Assembly: GCF_902459465.1 (NCBI RefSeq)
Contig: NC_047081.1
Span: 9,176,001 to 9,240,000, forward strand
Source: Asterias rubens
Taxonomy: Eukaryota
Direction of reading: 5' to 3'
DNA length: 64,000 bases
This document shows positions 14,390 to 25,183 of this stretch, piece by piece. The first letter of the stretch is position 1, and every line of letters begins with the position of its first letter. The translations under genes and the position numbers were made by a program. The notes under the pieces were generated by a model that was given only the letters and a program-made list of their open reading frames with translations, did no database searches and had not been told where the DNA came from.

Positions 14390-15290
14390 GCTCTCCCGGA
14401 CACAGGAAAATATATGTTAATATTGATCCCAAAAGTTTGACTTTAAAAAAAAACAGACTCAGGAAGATTTATACGTTGACATTAAAGGCAGTGGACACTA
14501 TTGGTAATTACTCAAAATAATTGTTGGCATAAAACCTTACTTGGTAACGAGTAATGGGGAGAGATTGATAGTATAAAACATTGTGAGAAACAGCTCCCTC
14601 TGATTGCCATAGTTTTCGAGAAAGAAGTAATTTTCCACGAATTTGATATCAAGACCTCAAGTTTAGAACTTGAGGTCTCGAAATCAACCATCTAAAGGCA
14701 CAGTACTTCGTGTGACAAGGGTGTTTTTTCTTTCATTATTATCTCGCAAGTTCGATGTCTGATTGAGCTCAAATTTTCACAAGTTTGTTATTTTATGCAT
14801 ATGTTGAGATACACCAACTGTAAAGGCTAGCCTTTGACAATTACCAATAGTGTCCACTGGCTTTAATCTTAATTTTGAAAAAAAATGCGACTTTAAAAAA
14901 CCCAGACACAGGGAAACTTACCTTAACATTAATCAACAAAATCGTCTTCAAAAAAACCCAGATACAGGAAGATGTCGTTAACATTATCCACCAAAAGTAC
15001 GGCTTAAAAAAACAGAAAATTACATTAATAAAAAAATGTGGTTTAAAAAAGCGTACACCGGAAGATACACGTTAACACTCATAAAATAAATTCGACTTTA
15101 AAAAACCCAGACACATGAAGATTTACACGTTAACATTAATCTTAATTAAAAAAAAATGCGACTTTAAGAAAAACTGACATTGATGGAAGTTACCTGTTAA
15201 CTTTAGTCACAAAAGATTTCGGCTTAGAAACAACAGATACAGGAAGATTTCTTTAAAAAAAAAATTGACTTAAAAAGACAAAATCTAAAA
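14390..15290. repeat. Minisatellite, about 55-60-bp unit
   Basis: Recurrent gactttaaaaaacccagacacaggaagatttacacgttaacattaatc, split by a MITE. Confidence 0.75.
14486..14862. mobile_element. Kolobok-type MITE family 1 inserted in a minisatellite
   Basis: TIRs and TTAA flanks; other minisatellite units show the empty site cattaatc. Confidence 0.85.
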
Positions 15291-16502
15291 CAGTTATTTC
15301 CATTGAGTACCCTAATTGTGAAGTTGCCATCAGGGTTTGTCAGTGCAGTGGCCTCTGTGGTGTGTCAAAAGGGTAGACAACCCCCTCCCCACCCTGAAGT
15401 ATTAATGTTTAACATTTGAGTGAAAGTTGACCACTTTCTCGCAGAGGAGGCAATTTTCTCACCTATAGGCTTTTATAATAACAATTATATTCAGAGTAAT
15501 TACTAAAAGTGTTCCAAGTACCGCTAGTTCTCAACCTTGATGTTATGAATCGAGATGGAAGCACGGGTTTCCAAACGGAAAGACGACTGAATTATAAATT
15601 CGTCCCTTACATAAGCTAGCCGATGCAACTTTTTTTCTTATTGTTGTTGTTAAAGCAGCTTTATCAAATTCAGCCAAGAAAATTCTGTTAACAAAAAAAT
15701 AAGTAAAAATTTGCAGGGTATCACTCACATAATTGTCATTATAATAATGTTGGCCTGTAATCGTTATTTTAGTAAGCTTTTGTTGTGCTACTTTTTGACT
15801 TCATGCAGCTCTATGATTTTGAGCCCAGAAAATAATTAGCAACAAAATAAGCAAATTAGTTAGCAAAATACCAGTCACATTTGTACATAGAAGTAATGGT
15901 ATTTTGGCCAGTAACCGTTGTTTAGTAAACTTTCTTTCTTAGCGACTATTTGTGCATCTTTATGAAACTGCGCCCAGCACGCGTCTCTATCTCATGTTTT
16001 GTCTTTGATGTGGTATTGAGGTTTTCTAGGTTATATTGCCGTAAACTATTAACCCTAAACTTCAATTCAGATCCGGAAACAAGCCTGTAAATAAAATATC
16101 CACCTACCCATTGTTTTCAAAACGTGGTTGTACTTTAAATTATCAAAGGGGGTATACCCTGAGTATACGTGTTGATGTTCGATGAAGATAATCACAGATC
16201 AATGTGGTATAGAAACGATTTCCGATTTCCGATTTCCTTATTATTACCATTGTCAGTGGAGTATTTTTGGCTCATTTTACGTAGGAGGTGTAATTTGCTT
16301 CGACGAAACACAATACGTCCACAGTGTGTGGCGTCTGGCCTTGTTTATTGTTATTGACAAAATTTAGAACAACAATTAATTAGTGATCATTGTACAATAT
16401 TTACTGACAGGAAATTTGGCTGACCAAACTGTTGGCTTATCTCCGGAGTAACAGAGATAGTCATTTCCAATCATATGGAATTATTGCAAAAGGAAGTTTT
16501 AA

Positions 16503-16880
16503 AGGCAGTGGACACTATTGGTAATTACTCAAAATAATTATTAGCATAAAACATTTCTTGGTGACGAGTAATGGGGAGAGGTTGATGGTATAATACATTG
16601 TGAGAAACGGCTCCCTCTGAAGTGCCATAGTTTTCGAGAAAGAAGTAATTTTCCACGAATTTGATTTCGAGACCTCATATTTAGAACTTGAGGTCTCGAA
16701 ATCAACCATTTAAACGCACACAACTTCGTGTGACAATGTTGTTGTTTCTTTCATTATTATCTCGCAACTTCGATGGTCGATTGAGTTTAAATTTTCACAG
16801 GTTCGTTATTTTATGCATATGTTGAGATACACCAACTGTGAAGGCTCGTCTTTGACAATTACCAATAGTGTCTACTGCCT
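16503..16880. mobile_element. Kolobok-type MITE family 1
   Basis: AGGCAGTGGACACTATTGGTAATT TIR, TTAA flanks. Confidence 0.85.
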
Positions 16881-17155
16881 TTAATGGCAATGAACCGCCA
16901 CTCTTTTCGAGATGCGGTGGGTGGGGTACGACTGGAGGTGGGGGTGGAGGGGAGCCGACTCTTGTTTACGAACCCAAACATGTGAGTGTTTTTCTTCAGA
17001 ATTATTTAAGTTGCCATTTTTTTATGAAGGATTGGTAAGGATAAAAAACAATCATTGTTTAGTTGTGAAAGCTGCTGAACTTCTAAAAAAAAAAAAATAA
17101 TAATAATAATTGCCACTAATTATAGGGCTGGTTATTAAACGTATCTTCACTTTAA

Positions 17156-17554
17156 AGGCACTGGACACCTTTGGTAATTATTGTCAAAGACCAGTCTTCA
17201 CACTTGGTGTATCTCAGCATATGCATAAATTTAAAAAAAATTGAAATTTGAACTCAATTGGTCGTCGAAGAAAAAAAACAGCCTTGTCACACGAGGTTGT
17301 GTGCTTCCAGATGCTTCATTTCGGGACCTCAGAATTGAGGTTGTGTGCTTTCAGATGCTTCATTTCGGGACCTCAGAATTAGGTGTCGAAATCAAACTCG
17401 TTGAAAATTACTTCTTTCTCGAAAACCACATTACTTCAGAGGGAGCCGTTTCTCACAATGTTGTATACTATCAACAGCTCTCCATTGCTCGTTACCAAGT
17501 AAGTTTAGTGCTATTTATTATTTTGAGTAATTACCAATAAAATGTCTAGTGCCT
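17156..17554. mobile_element. Kolobok-type MITE family 1 with internal duplication
   Basis: TIRs; the segment gttgtgtgct..cagatgcttcatttcgggacctcagaatt is present twice. Confidence 0.75.
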
Positions 17555-18314
17555 TCAAACATACATTCGATACTCACTAGCACTTGGGGAGACAGAATCC
17601 AAACACATTGACATACCAAGACCGTGCCAAGTGTCGGACCACGATCGTGCCAAGTGTCGGCACACTCCAACATAATAAAATAAACATGTTTGTGAACATT
17701 GATCCATCACCTTCTGTCGGTGGGTTTTGAAGTGTTCCTTAAGGGGGGGGGAATGGGGGAGGGGGGGGGTTAGTGGGTCATTGAACCGGGGACATTGGAC
17801 CAGCGGCCAACGGGCAAGTTAGACTTGATCTCCCTTTACTTTTACTTTTTACATGAACGTAAATGCATAATCTCAGGGTAGAGAAAGACCGAGAGAGCCA
17901 TTTTCAAACAAAACTAATAAAATCAGTAACCTTTATGTCTATGATTTACATAAAATATTGTTGGGTTCACATTTAACTCGCGATGAGGCTTGTTGAATGG
18001 TTTTTTTTTATATTTAGTGTAATGCAGTAAGCCCTTGTATATGCACTTCATCATGTCATTATAAATAATATGGGAGTTGAAAATGATTTGAAGTAACAAC
18101 AATTTACACAATGTCTACCAAAGCAGAGCAACATTATATTTCTTCTAAACGTGCAAACCAATAAATATTAAATTGAAATCTCAAACTTCAATTGTCCACA
18201 TCTCCTCATAGAGGGCGCCCTTCTGGCTAGTCACAAAAAAATAATAAACTGAAATCTCAATCTTCATTAAATTAATAGTCCATCTGGTCCTCATACAAGA
18301 GGGCGCCCTTTTGG

Positions 18315-19577
18315 CTAATCACAAAACAGTATTTCGATGAGATACTCCGGTAGTTCTCCCGCGCAATCTTTCGCGCAATTGCGGCAGCACCCTTCATCTT
18401 CTGAATCGACCTGAGCGCCACTTTTCCTATCTCTAATAATCACAACCTCTTTCCCATGAGTCTTGCTGTCTCTCCGATCTGTCTTTGCTTCACTATCCGA
18501 AGTCTTTCTGTTGGGGTCTCTCAACCTCGGTCTCTCGAGAATTCTTATCTGCTGACGATTCGCCGGTTGACTCTCTGTTTTTGCTTGGTCTTTATTTATA
18601 CCGAAATTTTCCAAGTCGAGTATTACTGGCTGAAGTCTGATGACGTCACTTTTCTTATCTGCCTGTTTGTTCGGAGGAGGACCAATCACATCTTGTTTGG
18701 TATCGTTTCGTGGGAAACTGAAAGACTTTTTAGTAGGTTTTGGACTGGTCGGTGGGGGCGCTCTGATGGATCTCTGTGGCTGTGTCGTGATCGGCTTTTG
18801 GTGTGAATGTGGAAATGGCGCCGAATCGACCATAATTACCGGGGCTGAAACCTTACGCTGTCCAGCTTGGTTCCGAAGTAGTTGTTGACCAGTAAAGGAT
18901 GATTTTCTAACTCGGAATTGATGCTCAGAGTCAAAAGGTCCGGAGTAAGAGCGGCATCTGTGTTTAGCTGGATAACTCGGGTGAGCGTTCACAGCAGCGG
19001 GGTTTGCAAGTGGCGGGAAGACAAACTTTGACGCATTTTTGAGCGGGGATCTTGGGTTTTTATGAAGCTCTTGTTTTCCCTTTGTCTTCCTCGGTACTAG
19101 TTCTTCATCTCCGTGAAACTGCGTTCTTTCATCCATACTTTTATGTCTGACCCTCGCCCTGTAGGGTTGAGCTGTGGGCATGACAAGGTTGTTAGTAGAA
19201 AACGCTCTGTGGACCAATTGTCGAGCACAAGAGGGCGGTATTGGGCTTTCACGCCCAGAAGGAGATTTACACATCAGGTCTGATGTGATACACGGTGAGG
19301 ATCGACTTTTTTTGTTGAACTTTGACACTGGCTGATGCGGCTCGGCAGAATTGCGAGATTTCAAGAGTCTCTTGGTTATCGGTGCTTGCTGTTGAGATAC
19401 CGGAGGGTAGGTCTGTTTCTGGAATAGTCTAGGGCTTAATAACGGGAGGTTTTCATAATGAGCGCCACCCGCTAGTAATTGACGAGCCGGTATCGAAAGT
19501 GGAGGAACCGGTGCTACTCGCTTTGGTATGTTTATGTTTCCACGCTGGAAGGACTCCACAGTAGTACAGGGTAACAT
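18315..19577 (-). CDS. Uncharacterised ~420-aa basic, Pro/Ser/Arg-rich (probably disordered) protein with Cys-containing C-terminal tail; single coding exon
   Basis: Stop-free frame of 421 codons from the first in-frame ATG (19577) to TAG (18315-18317). Pyrimidine-rich acceptor (ttttgttttggttctttcag) at 19700 just upstream; in-frame TGA TAG TGA precede the ATG. No family recognised. Confidence 0.7.
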   Translation of the reverse strand: MLPCTTVESFQRGNINIPKRVAPVPPLSIPARQLLAGGAHYENLPLLSPRLFQKQTYPPVSQQQAPITKRLLKSRNSAEPHQPVSKFNKKSRSSPCITSDLMCKSPSGRESPIPPSCARQLVHRAFSTNNLVMPTAQPYRARVRHKSMDERTQFHGDEELVPRKTKGKQELHKNPRSPLKNASKFVFPPLANPAAVNAHPSYPAKHRCRSYSGPFDSEHQFRVRKSSFTGQQLLRNQAGQRKVSAPVIMVDSAPFPHSHQKPITTQPQRSIRAPPPTSPKPTKKSFSFPRNDTKQDVIGPPPNKQADKKSDVIRLQPVILDLENFGINKDQAKTESQPANRQQIRILERPRLRDPNRKTSDSEAKTDRRDSKTHGKEVVIIRDRKSGAQVDSEDEGCCRNCAKDCAGELPEYLIEILFCD

Positions 19578-20058
19578 GTTTACGGTTGATTCTCGACCAA
19601 TCAAGTTGGTTGCCGGGTACCGATTGAGGGCGTTGTGTTGAGAGTTGAACCATCCAAAGAGTGGTCGTCACTATCACGATCGTTCACCAAGCTCCCCATC
19701 TGAAAGAACCAAAACAAAAATGTCTATGTCCATTAAATCCCGCTTATTAAGGTGTTAAATAAAAAAAATGAGGTAGAACGGGACCTGAACCTGCGACCTC
19801 CGGATTAACGTGCTGGTATCGGCCCTAATGATGGCGGTCTTATACTGATATTACTTGTCAAAGTTGCTCAGTGTCGGTCTGAAGCCACTAACCTGTATCT
19901 GCCGTAAAGCCATGGATCATACCCAAGTTTATGAAACTACATGTTTGTCGTGTTTGACATGAAATGTCGTGCTTACTGTTATAATTATTATTGGCGGACC
20001 TGTGAACTTCTTGTGCCCAACATTTTAGCACAACTCTGCCCCAGTGGAGGCTTGCTAT

Positions 20059-20357
20059 GGGTGCGTTCGTTTAGCTTCCCTGGGTCGACCCCGCAGTGCT
20101 CACTCGGGTGAGCCCACAGACATAAAAACCTAGGTTCTTTATGTTTAGACGTGGGTGAGCCCCTGACAAGAGCTAAACGAACGATCACACTCGCCCTCTC
20201 GTGGTAACGGCATGCACCTCAGGTCACCCCCAAGTGACCCACTCCACGAGCAGCGCACTGGGGGCTGACCCGGGTGAGCCCCTAGAATGACGTCAAAGCT
20301 ATTCGAACGCAACGGGGCAGACCGGGGTCGACCCAGGGAAGCTAAACGAACGCACCC
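20059..20357. mobile_element. TIR MITE (GGGTGCGTTCG family, probably Harbinger-type)
   Basis: About 34-bp TIR gggtgcgttcgtttagcttccctgggtcgacccc; copies at 30303-30540 and 42241-42473. Confidence 0.75.
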
Positions 20358-21511
20358 ATTATGCATGCATTATGTGTCTGCTAAATAATCATTATCGTAA
20401 CATGTTTATAAATATGTCGTGCTTCCTGTTCTAGTAATTGGCGGAACAATACTGAACTTCTAGTGCTCAGTTTAGCGTAACTCTGCCCCAATGTTCCTCA
20501 ATATTATGCTTACATTATGCATGCTTCGTGCCAAGATACATTCGAACAGACTGTCACTATGGCTTAGATGTACTTGAATATGTGTCTATATAAAATAATT
20601 ATAATAACATGTTTATAATGTCATGCTTCCTCTTCTGATAAGCCCAATAAATTCTTACCTTGGGACACTTGACACACAAACCATAATGCGTTTGAAGCAG
20701 TCAGTTAAGTCTGGGAGCTCTTCGGTAACTAAACCGTATCGTCTCTTCGTACCGGTTTTGTTCTTCCCCCCAACAAAAAATGTTTCAACAAAGACTCGTG
20801 AAATTGAATCATTAGTAGCGGGTACCTTTCTTTAAGAACCGACGTCTAGCCATTTGACTCTAGGAACCCGACTACACGATTCCAAAAAGGGTGGCATATA
20901 ATTATGACTAATATAAACTGACTGCTGCCAGTAGTGGTTCCAGCTTGCCCAGACTTAATTATAGTTTACAAGTTTAGTAAAATGGAAAGTAAGGAAACCT
21001 AAGAAAAACAATTTAAAGATTTACATGATATTTCTGATTAGATTCATTGCGTAACGTCAGACAATAATTTGAGAAGTATCTTTTGTTAATGAATGGGGAA
21101 AGGATATCTCAGAAGACTGCTACAAGTTTAGTGTTTGATAATTGGAAAGGGAAACGAAGCTTTGCCGGCAAGTTGAGTCTCAAAGCCGATAGCTATTTCA
21201 TGTCCAGACCACGATGTTAACTCTTCAGAGGATGTTATAAAAGAAAAAACAACAGCGCTACCTGATTTTGCCGTAATCCACGCAGGTATGCAAAGCGCTA
21301 AGGTGCAAACCCAAGTTTGATCATCTGACGTCACACTTCAAGGCTCGCGTGAATTTAAAGTCATGAGGCCCAGGGCAAAATTTCTAAAAGTCTTGTATTG
21401 CTTAGTAGAAACAGGTTATCGGCCCAAATTACATTCAGTTTGTATTGTTGTGGCTGGTGCCCGACTAAATTTTTGCTTAGCTTTTCGCCAGTAAAGCGCA
21501 ACATTAAAATA

Positions 21512-21966
21512 CTTTTCAGAACCAGTGATTTCATTGGATACAACGATTTCATTGGATAGATGTACAGTGACGTAAACTTTCTGTGTCTGTGTTTTGATTG
21601 GTCCGAGGTGACGTTTGGCAGCTGCACTTGCAGTCGTCTGCATGTGAATCTAGGTGAAAAGTGAAGATGGACGGGGACTGACCTACGCTAGAGGCCACTC
21701 TCTGACGAGCCTCGACAAATCGAAGTGTGACGTCAGATGTTGAGGCTACCAATGAGCTACCTTCTCATTAGCATAGATATAAATAGCTTTGTCACTGCAT
21801 TTTATCCAATGAAATGATTATTATATAGAAAGGTTTGCGGTAACACCATGTAATGACTGCTATCTCTAACAAGTTGGGGTGGTTCTGAAAAGAACCGTTG
21901 GTTTCAACTCGACGTTTCGATCAGTATGCTCTGATCGTCTTCCAATGAAATCACTGTTCTGAAAAG
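21512..21966. mobile_element. TIR element carrying a CRE palindrome; related sequence at about 58840-59150
   Basis: Inverted repeat cttttcagaaccagtgatttcattgga / tccaatgaaatcactgttctgaaaag; internal gaagtgtgacgtcagatgtt shared with the 59120 region. Confidence 0.55.
21816..21940 (-). mobile_element. Penelope-like terminal-repeat fragment with 5'-truncated hammerhead-like motif
   Basis: Minus strand GGAAGA-C-GATCAG-agcata-CTGATC-GAAAC-GTC. Flanked by 11-bp direct repeat tccaatgaaat (21805-21815, 21941-21951). Confidence 0.5.
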
Positions 21967-23496
21967 CAGGTAGCCGTCTTTATCCTGCATCAGATAAAGA
22001 CAGGGGCCAGGGCCCTGCAGTCTACCAAGGAGCTTCCTCTGCATAGGTTGATCTTTAACCAAGAGGGCGCCCTACTGTAGTCACGTGTTTTTTTGATATT
22101 ATAAATTACATGATTGTCATTGTGACCATACCTTCAAGGCTTGTTGTGAAAGGAATAAGAACTGTTAAAATTAGCATCAAGTCATGCCTATCTCTATGAT
22201 CCGGATTTTGATACCGGTAACTCACACGATCTATCAGCTATCCATTTCATCCGCGTAAAAATCTTAAGGCCTAAAGGACAAAATTAAACTTTGTTTTATT
22301 TTTTTTAACAACACCCGGTTTGATAAACCATATTAATTGCTTTTATAACTCGTTATCAGAGATATGGAACAAAATCATAATCCTATAGGCCTTTGCAACT
22401 GATGTTCTGCAAGTAGCTAGACCAGAATCTTCTTCGGAACCGTCAAACAGTTTTTCTTCTTCCTTTTGTTGGTAAAAGTTATGACCTAATCCTAGCACTG
22501 AGAATATGAATCCTAGTCTACATCATGAGCTGTCAAGCGAAGTATTTACTCAGAGTTATTTCCAGACATTATCCACATACAACAATGAGTTTCTTTGCAA
22601 AATGGGGCTTTGTTTGACGTCACACGGTTGTTACCATCACGAGACCCGGATCTATATAGCACAGTGGTTGTTTGTTTTGTGCAATCATTGCCAATAGGTC
22701 AAAATGGATGACCCCACACTGAAAGAAAAAAACCTGCGTTTTTATACTTGTCGTTTTTCGTAAATTAACCAGTTCTGAAGAGTGAGTTTATATACGGCGA
22801 GCTCGGCTTGGTTGCCTGTAACGACAGAGTGGGGAGCAAAGGTCTTTTTACATGTTGGCTTTCAAATTAACGCATAGACGACATAGGCGTTTTGCGTAGT
22901 GTAATCACTATAGGAATACTGTGTTGAAAAGCGACGGTGGGTGTTCGCTAGGGAAACTGTGTGGTAGTCAACTGAATGATACACTTTGTGATAATCGTGA
23001 TTCGAACCATATAGAGAGAACCCACGTACCCCCCTGTTTGATCCGGCAAGACCTGTGCTTAAAGGAGGATATCTTAAGGTAAGATGATATTGATTAGAGT
23101 TATCTAAATCATGGACGGAGGAATTATGGGATCAAATCAGCCACCAGCTTCCATAGCGTGACATATGCAGGTACTATACCCCCATGTAATGTAACGTCCT
23201 CAGCGCAACAAACGTCCGGCAATCAATACTGTAGGGACCAACTGTACGTTATTAACATAGTTAATAATGGATTCCATTTTATCTAATGGGATTCCATGTC
23301 TGTAGGGCACCATTATTGATACAGTCATGTATGGTGAAAGGCTGAAAGCAAAGCATAGCCTACTGCTGTTGTTTGTTGTTGCTGTTTGTTTGTGTTGTTT
23401 GTTGTTTGTTGATGTATGTTTTAGATGATCTTCTGTCAAACTGAACTCACAAAGGGGGATATTACTAATTAGAAAAAACAACGTATAACCATGTCG

Positions 23497-23995
23497 TGTA
23501 ATATTTTGTTACTGTGTCCTTTCTATTTTGCTCTTAAATCTGTCTAGTGTAGAATTGGGGTCTATAGTACAACTGTTACAGTAATTATTGTGTAACAGTT
23601 AATTTGTTACTGTGTCCTTTGTTATTTGGCTCTCAAATCTGTTTAGTAAGGACAGTAATATTATGAGGGTCTATAGTCCACAGCAGTGTTCTGTTACTAT
23701 TTTGTAATATTTTGTTACTGCATGTGTCCTTTTTATTTTGCTCTCAAATCTGTCTTGAATAGAGTATTTTGAGGGCCTATAGTACAACATAATTATTCTG
23801 TTACTATATAGGGGACTATATGTGTAATATTTTGTTACTGAATACTGGGTTATTTTTGTTTTGCTCTCAAATCTGTCTAGTATAGAATATTTTGAGGGCC
23901 TGTTGTCTAAATATTTTGTTTGTATATTGTGTCATAATCTGTTTATACTGTGTCATTTTATTTGGCGCTCAAATCTGTCTATAGGATAGTATTTT
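23497..23995. repeat. Tandem repeat, about 105-120-bp unit x5, upstream of (probably intronic to) the CYSTM-like CDS
   Basis: Recurrent ttgttactgtgtcctt..ttttgctctcaaatctgtct..gagggtctatagt. Confidence 0.75.
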
Positions 23996-24296
23996 AATAA
24001 CTTTTCAATATTATTATTTTTTTTTGGGGGGGGGCTTACAAATTTGTAGTGGAAAGGGATAGATGGGTCTTATTAAATTTCTTAATGCGTTTTCTGTATC
24101 TTTTAACTATATTTTTACAAATCTCTGTTGTTTAAACTCAATTGAGCCTTTGACTGTGTTCTTTTTAATAACAATAATGAAAAAGCTCGTATTATTATGA
24201 CTCATTCGTGTGATGTTGATATTCAATTCTTCAGGTTTTTCATTTGTATTGCAGATCCGTGCCTTTTGACATTTTGTGTTGGCAGACTCTAGAATC

Positions 24297-24716
24297 ATGG
24301 GTGAGCCTCCACCCCCATACGAGCAGACAGCTCCTGCCTACCCGCCACCCCAACCCGGACACCAAGGAAGTTACCCGCCACCCCAACCCGGACACCAAGG
24401 CACCTACCCACCACCACAAGGTGCATACCCGGCCCCCCACCAGCAGCAACCAGGACCATACCCACCACCCGGAGCCCACCACCAGGGAGGCTATCCCAAG
24501 CCAGCCTTCCAACAACAGCCTGGGTATGGGTACCCTCAACAACAAGGTGGAGGGTACCCAGCGCAACATGGGTACCAACAACAGCCCCCTGCTCAGACCA
24601 TCCTTGTCGTGGATAACTCAGCAGCGCAAAGACGGCAAGATAAACAAGACGCTGACGACGCATGTTGCATGATGGCGCTGTGTGCTATCTGCCTTTGCTG
24701 TCTTCTGAATAACTAA
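24297..24716 (+). CDS. Pro/Gln/Tyr/Gly-rich protein with C-terminal Cys-rich membrane anchor (CYSTM-like), 139 aa
   Basis: ATG in ATCATGG context after candidate acceptors (cag ending 24254 or 24285). MGEPPPPYEQ...YPPPQPGHQG repeats, ending DDACCMMALCAICLCCLLNN-stop. Possible upstream non-coding exon donor (AAG|gtaaga) at 23079. Confidence 0.8.
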   Translation: MGEPPPPYEQTAPAYPPPQPGHQGSYPPPQPGHQGTYPPPQGAYPAPHQQQPGPYPPPGAHHQGGYPKPAFQQQPGYGYPQQQGGGYPAQHGYQQQPPAQTILVVDNSAAQRRQDKQDADDACCMMALCAICLCCLLNN

Positions 24717-24796
24717 AAACACTGAAACAACATTTATTCCAGAAATGAATGTTAACGAAACGAAGTTGTGATATTAGTTTTTGGTTTTTACCCTCA

Positions 24797-24975
24797 CACC
24801 GATTTGTGTTAGCTCTGTATACTCAGTACTTTCCCGAGTCCTGTGAACAAATATCACAGGCATGTTACTTGGGTGGGATTCGAACCCACGACCCTTGCAA
24901 TTCTAGAGCAGTGTCTTACCAACTAGACTACCGAGGTTGCCCGGTAGCTAGAGAGGCAGTTCGAGTCCTATGTTG
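24797..24975 (-). mobile_element. tRNA-derived SINE (second family)
   Basis: Minus strand A box TAGTCTAGTTGG and B box GGTTCGAATCC followed by a non-tRNA body. Second copy at 2285-2402. Confidence 0.75.
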
Positions 24976-25027
24976 TGATACGTAATGGTGCCAGTCTGCT
25001 CAACAATCATTCATCACATTGTGAGTG

Positions 25028-25183
25028 TAGTCTTGGCCCAAGACGACCAGTGACCGATATAGTGCCGAGCGAGCCGGTCAAGTTGGTTAAATCATAAGAG
25101 GGTGCGCTTTAGCGATATACAACTGAGCGTAAGTAGACTCCTATCGACTATGAATCAATCATTATCGTCTTGGGCCAAGACTA
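25028..25183. mobile_element. Small TIR MITE
   Basis: 19-bp inverted repeat TAGTCTTGGCCCAAGACGA / TCGTCTTGGGCCAAGACTA. Confidence 0.6.

Noticed and set aside
17735-17785. G-runs (also poly-C/poly-A tracts elsewhere) as G-quadruplex elements
   Set aside because: Such homopolymers are scattered through the window and prone to assembly error; there is no positional evidence for function.
18456-18888. Plus-strand ORFs overlapping the 420-aa ORF
   Set aside because: Antisense shadows of the long minus-strand frame.
3530-23995. Tandem arrays as CRISPR-like loci
   Set aside because: Units are diverged full-length repeats without unique spacers, there are no cas genes, and the context is eukaryotic.
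24240-24672. Alternative-frame and antisense ORFs over the CYSTM-like gene
   Set aside because: By-products of GC-rich repetitive codons; only the frame ending at 24716 has a Kozak ATG and a coherent Cys tail.
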